Positions 47,256 to 51,106 of a stretch of DNA of 51,106 nt are shown here, in pieces; position 1 is the stretch's first letter, and the number at the start of each line of letters is the position of its first letter. The position numbers and the translations under genes are program-made. The notes beneath the pieces were generated by a model. The model saw only the letters and a list, made by a program, of their open reading frames with translations. It ran no database searches and was not told the origin of the DNA. Origin of the DNA: Armatimonadota bacterium (GTDB taxonomy: Bacteria > Sysuimicrobiota > Sysuimicrobiia > Sysuimicrobiales > Kaftiobacteriaceae); assembly GCA_037440005.1 (NCBI GenBank), contig JBBIUY010000020.1, forward strand, positions 1 to 51,106, in the 5' to 3' direction.

Positions 47256-47720
47256 ATGGACACCATCGGACACCACTACATCGTCGAGGCGTCCGGCTGC
47301 AACCCCGACGTCATCGGCAAGGTGGAGGCGGTGGAGCGGATCCTGGTCCGGGCCGCGGAGGTGGCCGGGGTCCAGGTGTGGTCCATCTCCTTCCACCGGT
47401 TCAACCCCAACGGGGTGTCGGGGGTCGTGGTCATCTCCGAGTCCCACCTGTCGGTCCACACCTGGCCGGAGGTGGGGTACGCGGCGCTGGACATCTTCAC
47501 CTGCGGCGGAGCCGCCAAGCCCGAGAAGGCGGTCCAGTGGGCGCTGCGGGAGTTCGGCGCCACCAGCGTGCACATCACCGAGGTGACCCGCGGCCTGGAG
47601 GAGGGAGACCGGGTCTTCTTCCACAGCATCGTCACCTGGGAGGAAGAACTCCTCAAGAAGGCCGTGGACGGACAGCGGCCGCCATCAGCGCGCCGGCGCG
47701 CCGCCCGGCCTCGCGCCTAG
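47256..47720 (+). CDS. speD: pyruvoyl-dependent S-adenosylmethionine decarboxylase proenzyme
   Basis: GVSGVVVISESHLSVHTWPE (E-S autocleavage site) and DIFTCG. Confidence 0.88.
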   Translation: MDTIGHHYIVEASGCNPDVIGKVEAVERILVRAAEVAGVQVWSISFHRFNPNGVSGVVVISESHLSVHTWPEVGYAALDIFTCGGAAKPEKAVQWALREFGATSVHITEVTRGLEEGDRVFFHSIVTWEEELLKKAVDGQRPPSARRRAARPRA

Positions 47721-47730
47721 CCCCGGGCAG

Positions 47731-48912
47731 GTGGCGCACGCCGTCCGGACGCCGGGGCCCTCGCGCGGGCCCTACGACTCCCGCGCGGTGTGGACCGCCA
47801 CCGTCGCCCACTTCCTCAACGACTTCTTCCTGTCGTTTCTGGGGCCGCTGCTGCCGCTGGTGGTGCAGACCTTCCACCTGTCTCTGGCCCTGGCCGGCCT
47901 GCTGGCCACCACCCTGACCACCTCCTCCGCCCTCTCCCAGCCCCTGTTTGGCGCCCTCGCCGACCGCCTGCGGCGGCCGGTGTTCGTCGTGCTGGGCCCC
48001 GCCCTGTCGGTGACGGCCATGGGGCTGCTGGGGCTGGCGCCCAGCTACGGTGCGCTGCTGGCCCTGCTGCTCCTGGCCGGCACGGGCACGGCATCCTTTC
48101 ACCCCCAGGGGGCGGCCGTCGCCGGCCGCGCCGGCGCCCGCGCCCGCGGGGGGGCCCTGTCGATCTTCGTGGCGGGAGGAGAGCTCGGCTATGCCGTGGG
48201 GCCTCTGGCCAGCACCGCGGCCGTGTCGGCGTGGGGCCTGCGGGCGACCGCCGGCCTGGCGGTGGGCGGCCTAGTGCTGTGCGGGCTGCTGGCCCGCTCC
48301 CTGCCCGCGCACCGGCCCTCCGCCGACGGGCGGCCCTCGCCGGCGCCCCTGCGGGCCGACCTGGCGGGCGCGGCGGGCCCGCTGGCATTGCTGTGGCTGA
48401 TCGTGGTCCTGCGCAGCGTTCTGATCACCGCCTACCAGACGTTCCTGCCGCTGCTGTTGCACCAGCGGGGAGGCTCCCTGGTGGCGGGCGGGGCGGCCGT
48501 CTTCGCCTTCGGCGGCGTGGGCGCCCTGGGAGGGATCTCGGGAGGGTTTCTCGCGGACCGCATCGGCCGCCGGCGCACCTTGATCCTCTCCCTGGTCGTC
48601 CCGGTACCCCTGCTGCTGGCGTTCCTGCGCACGTCCGGGCCGTGGGCGTACGTGTGGCTGGCGGCGGGGGGAGCGGCCGTCTACCTGTCGGCGGCGGTGA
48701 CCATCGTCATGGCCCAGGAACTGCTGCCCCGCCGGGCCGGGATGGCCAGCAGCATCGTCATGGGACTGGCCTGGGGCACCGCCGGGCTGTCCCTGACGGG
48801 GGTGGGAGCGCTGGCGGATGCGGTCGGGCTCGACCGGACCCTGGCGGGGATTGTGCTCCTGGTGGTGCCCGCTCTGGCGGCGGTGCTGGCCTTGCCCCGG
48901 GCTCCCCGCTAG
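47731..48912 (+). CDS. MFS transporter (Fsr-like)
   Basis: AHFLND, QPLFGALADR, FHPQG and GGFLADRIGRR. Confidence 0.88.
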   Translation: MAHAVRTPGPSRGPYDSRAVWTATVAHFLNDFFLSFLGPLLPLVVQTFHLSLALAGLLATTLTTSSALSQPLFGALADRLRRPVFVVLGPALSVTAMGLLGLAPSYGALLALLLLAGTGTASFHPQGAAVAGRAGARARGGALSIFVAGGELGYAVGPLASTAAVSAWGLRATAGLAVGGLVLCGLLARSLPAHRPSADGRPSPAPLRADLAGAAGPLALLWLIVVLRSVLITAYQTFLPLLLHQRGGSLVAGGAAVFAFGGVGALGGISGGFLADRIGRRRTLILSLVVPVPLLLAFLRTSGPWAYVWLAAGGAAVYLSAAVTIVMAQELLPRRAGMASSIVMGLAWGTAGLSLTGVGALADAVGLDRTLAGIVLLVVPALAAVLALPRAPR

Positions 48913-48942
48913 GGGCGGACTCTCCGCCCCGAGCGCGGCGCC

Positions 48943-49287
48943 CTACGCCTCGGGCTCGAACAGCTCGATGATGTTCCCGTCCGGGTCGGCCAGCTGCGCC
49001 ATGCGGCCCCCGTCCACCGTCCGGGGCGGGACCAGGACCTTGGCGCCGCGGCGCTTGGCGTCGTTGAAGGCGACCTCCAGGTCGGCCACCTGGAAGGTGA
49101 TCTGGGTCGTCCCCGCTCCTCCGGGCTGGGTCCGCGGCTTGAGGGCCAGCACCACGCCGTCGGTGCGGAACTCGGCCGAGGACTCCGACTTGGTGATCAC
49201 CGGAAGGCCCAGGACGTACGAGTAGAACGTGAAGGCCTTCTTCATGTCCGAGACCAGGATGGACACCTGCAGAAGCTGGTCCAGCAT
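48943..49287 (-). CDS. VOC/glyoxalase family protein
   Basis: VSDMKKAFTFY..VLG, FQVADL and DPDGNIIEL; GGGAGGTGA RBS. Confidence 0.88.
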   Translation of the reverse strand: MLDQLLQVSILVSDMKKAFTFYSYVLGLPVITKSESSAEFRTDGVVLALKPRTQPGGAGTTQITFQVADLEVAFNDAKRRGAKVLVPPRTVDGGRMAQLADPDGNIIELFEPEA

Positions 49288-49317
49288 GCGGCTTGCCGCT
49301 CACCTCCCTGCCGGCGC

Positions 49318-49572
49318 CTACGGGCGGGGCGGGGCGTCCACCGCCGTCACCACGCAGGTGGTCGTCCGGGTCACCCCGGGCGCCTGCTGAATCCGGGAGA
49401 CGATCAGGCGACCCAGCGCATCCATGCTGGGGGCCTCCACGAACGCGATGATGTCCGTGGGGCCGGTCACCGCGTGCGCGGACGCCACGCCGGGCGTCGC
49501 CAGGATGTGGGCCAGAGCCTCCCCGGCCTGACCGGGCATCGTCCGCACCAGCACGTAGGCCTGCACCGCCAC
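49318..49572 (-). CDS. stand-alone Lrp/AsnC ligand-binding domain protein
   Basis: VQAYVLV, VTGPTDII and GVTRTTTC; no HTH domain. Confidence 0.82.
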   Translation of the reverse strand: MAVQAYVLVRTMPGQAGEALAHILATPGVASAHAVTGPTDIIAFVEAPSMDALGRLIVSRIQQAPGVTRTTTCVVTAVDAPPRP

Positions 49573-49758
49573 TGTTCCACCCCCCGGGGCGGGGACTCCT
49601 CCCGTCCCCCGGTCGGGACCGTCCGGACGCCCGGACCGCGGCGGGCCGCAGCACCACGCCGCCCGTCCCGGCGGAGCATTCCGCCCGGACACGGCCCGCC
49701 ACCGGTGTATTCGACCCCGCCGCGACCCCCCTCCTGTGTCCGGCCCCCGCAAATGGAG

Positions 49759-49788
49759 CGGCCCGCCGGAGGGACCTCCGGCGGGCCG
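49759..49788 (-). terminator. hairpin downstream of csp
   Basis: 14-bp inverted repeat CGGCCCGCCGGAGG/CCTCCGGCGGGCCG with a weak U-tract. Confidence 0.6.
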
Positions 49789-49808
49789 TGGTGCGCCGTC
49801 GTGCCGGC

Positions 49809-50009
49809 TTACAGCGGGACGACGTTGGCAGCCTGCGGGCCCTTCTTGCCGTCGACGATGTCGAACTGCACCTGCTGGCCTTCCTGCAGGGTCCGGAACC
49901 CGTCCATCTGGATGGCGCTGTAGTGGACGAAGACGTCCTTGCCACCCTCCACGGAGATGAAGCCGTAGCCCTTCTCCGCGTTGAACCACTTCACCGTACC
50001 GGTGACCAT
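49809..50009 (-). CDS. csp: cold-shock protein
   Basis: [24 protein letters not shown] and [18 protein letters not shown]. Confidence 0.97.
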   Translation of the reverse strand: MVTGTVKWFNAEKGYGFISVEGGKDVFVHYSAIQMDGFRTLQEGQQVQFDIVDGKKGPQAANVVPL

Positions 50010-50076
50010 TGCGGCCGTGCTCCTTTCCTCTCGGTAGTACAGAACGCGGCGTTCCAGCCTCGTGCCTGCCCGGCCG

Positions 50077-50105
50077 AGCGTATCATGGCCCCGGCGCGGT
50101 GTCAA
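50077..50105 (-). promoter_or_regulatory. sigma70-type promoter of csp
   Basis: TTGACA (50105-50100), 17-bp spacer and TGaTACGCT. Confidence 0.7.
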
Positions 50106-50132
50106 CGCCACCGGCGGCCGCGCTCTGTCATC

Positions 50133-50161
50133 TTGACGCGCCCCCGGGCGCGTGCTATAAA
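50133..50161 (+). promoter_or_regulatory. sigma70-type promoter of the SAM-riboswitch transcript
   Basis: TTGACG, 17-bp spacer and TGcTATAAA. Confidence 0.72.
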
Positions 50162-50181
50162 GTGGCCAAATTGCATACGCG

Positions 50182-50288
50182 CTCTTATCCAGAGCGGGCG
50201 AGGGACGGGCCCGATGACCCCCGGCAACCTGCGCGCCCAGGCGTTGCAAGGTGCCAACTCCCGCGGAACCAATTCCGAGAGATAAGAG
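50182..50288 (+). ncRNA. SAM-I (S-box) riboswitch aptamer
   Basis: P1 CTCTTATC/GATAAGAG, ATCCAGAG, GAGGGA.GGCCCGATGA, GGCAACC and GGTGCCAA.TCC consensus blocks. Confidence 0.95.
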
Positions 50289-50296
50289 AGGGACGC

Positions 50297-50329
50297 ACCC
50301 CTCCGGGAATTGGGAGGGGGTTTTTGTTG
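50297..50329 (+). terminator. riboswitch expression-platform terminator
   Basis: CCCCTCC...GGAGGGG stem followed by TTTTTGTT before the thrB start. Confidence 0.8.
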
Positions 50330-50346
50330 TCGGGAGCCTGCGGGAG

Positions 50347-51106
50347 ATGGACGGCGCGGTAACCGTCCGGGTGCCGGCGACCATCGCCAACCTCGGCCCG
50401 GCGTTTGACGCGCTGGGCCTGGCGGTCACGCTCCACAACGTGGTGCGCGCCCGCCGGGCGGATGTCCCGACGGTGGAGGTGGCGGGGGAGGGGGCCGACG
50501 CCCTGCCCGCCGACGCCGCCAACCTGGTGTACCGGGCGGCGGCGGCGGTGGCGGAGGCCGCCGGGCAGCGGGTCGCGTTCGCACTGCGGTGCGAGAACGC
50601 CATCCCCCCCGGCCGCGGCCTGGGCAGCAGCGCGGCCGCCATCGTGGCGGGCGCCGTGGCCGCCAACGAGGTGCTGGGACGGCCCCTGGGTCCGGACGCG
50701 CTGCTGGACCTGGCCTGGCGGCTGGAGGGTCATCCCGACAACGTGGCGCCAGCGTTGCTGGGCGGGGCCGTCCTGGTGGACGGCGGGGACGGACAGCTGC
50801 GCTGGACGCGGTTCGTCCCGGCGTGGGACGCGGCCCTGGTGGTGGCCGTGCCCGACTACCCGGTGGCCACCGAGCGGGCGCGGGCCGTCCTGCCCGGCGC
50901 GGTGCCGTTCGCCGACGCGGTCTACAACGTGACCCGGACGGCGTGGCTGGTGGCGGCCATGCTGACGGGCCGGACGGAGCTGCTGGCGTCGGCGATGGAG
51001 GACCGGCTGCACCAGCCGTACCGGGCGGCGCTGGCTCCGGGCGCCGCCGAGGCGCGCGCGGCCGCCCGGGCGGGCAGCACGCCCGCAGCCACGCAGGTGC
51101 CCGCCC
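50347..51106 (+). CDS. thrB: homoserine kinase (partial, runs off the window)
   Basis: [42 protein letters not shown] and DRLHQPYR. Confidence 0.93.
   Translation, partial: MDGAVTVRVPATIANLGPAFDALGLAVTLHNVVRARRADVPTVEVAGEGADALPADAANLVYRAAAAVAEAAGQRVAFALRCENAIPPGRGLGSSAAAIVAGAVAANEVLGRPLGPDALLDLAWRLEGHPDNVAPALLGGAVLVDGGDGQLRWTRFVPAWDAALVVAVPDYPVATERARAVLPGAVPFADAVYNVTRTAWLVAAMLTGRTELLASAMEDRLHQPYRAALAPGAAEARAAARAGSTPAATQVPA

Noticed and set aside
1..51106. Many long overlapping or antisense ORFs in the track (e.g. 35121-38312, 30524-32869, 13157-15343, 16219-18105)
   Set aside because: They are shadows of real genes in stop-poor GC-rich DNA, with Arg/Pro/Gly-rich translations and no motifs or RBS.

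Overview
A very GC-rich, gene-dense bacterial chromosomal segment with about 50 protein genes. I saw no rRNA, tRNA, CRISPR array, prophage or IS element. Taxonomy cannot be fixed from the sequence alone. The window opens with a Terrabacteria-type housekeeping run (tdk-prfA-prmC-tsaC-rpiB-upp-dCMP deaminase, rplY-pth, membrane pyrophosphatase hppA, MFS). It continues with a compact ACP-less biosynthetic operon (methyltransferase, FAD oxidoreductase, SRPBCC cyclase, FabF-like ketosynthase), a UPF0182 gene and a GNAT + OSBS/NSAR pair. Next come pncB coupled to a highly divergent AhcY homologue, an AlkZ-like gene coupled to dinB, F420 genes (npdG, cofE), peptidases, a Nudix-methyltransferase fusion, a sugar ABC module + mmsA, speD and csp. 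It ends with a SAM-I riboswitch in front of homoserine kinase. The most unusual signals are two loci missed by the ORF track that look like self-contained, structured nano-ORF transcripts. One encodes a 13-aa poly-lysine peptide (MAKKKAAKKKKKK, 21236-21277). The other encodes a 14-aa peptide behind a perfect Shine-Dalgarno with terminator/antiterminator geometry (15264-15220). Start codons were re-chosen from RBS and homology cues and are approximate. All product names come from motif recognition, not database searches.
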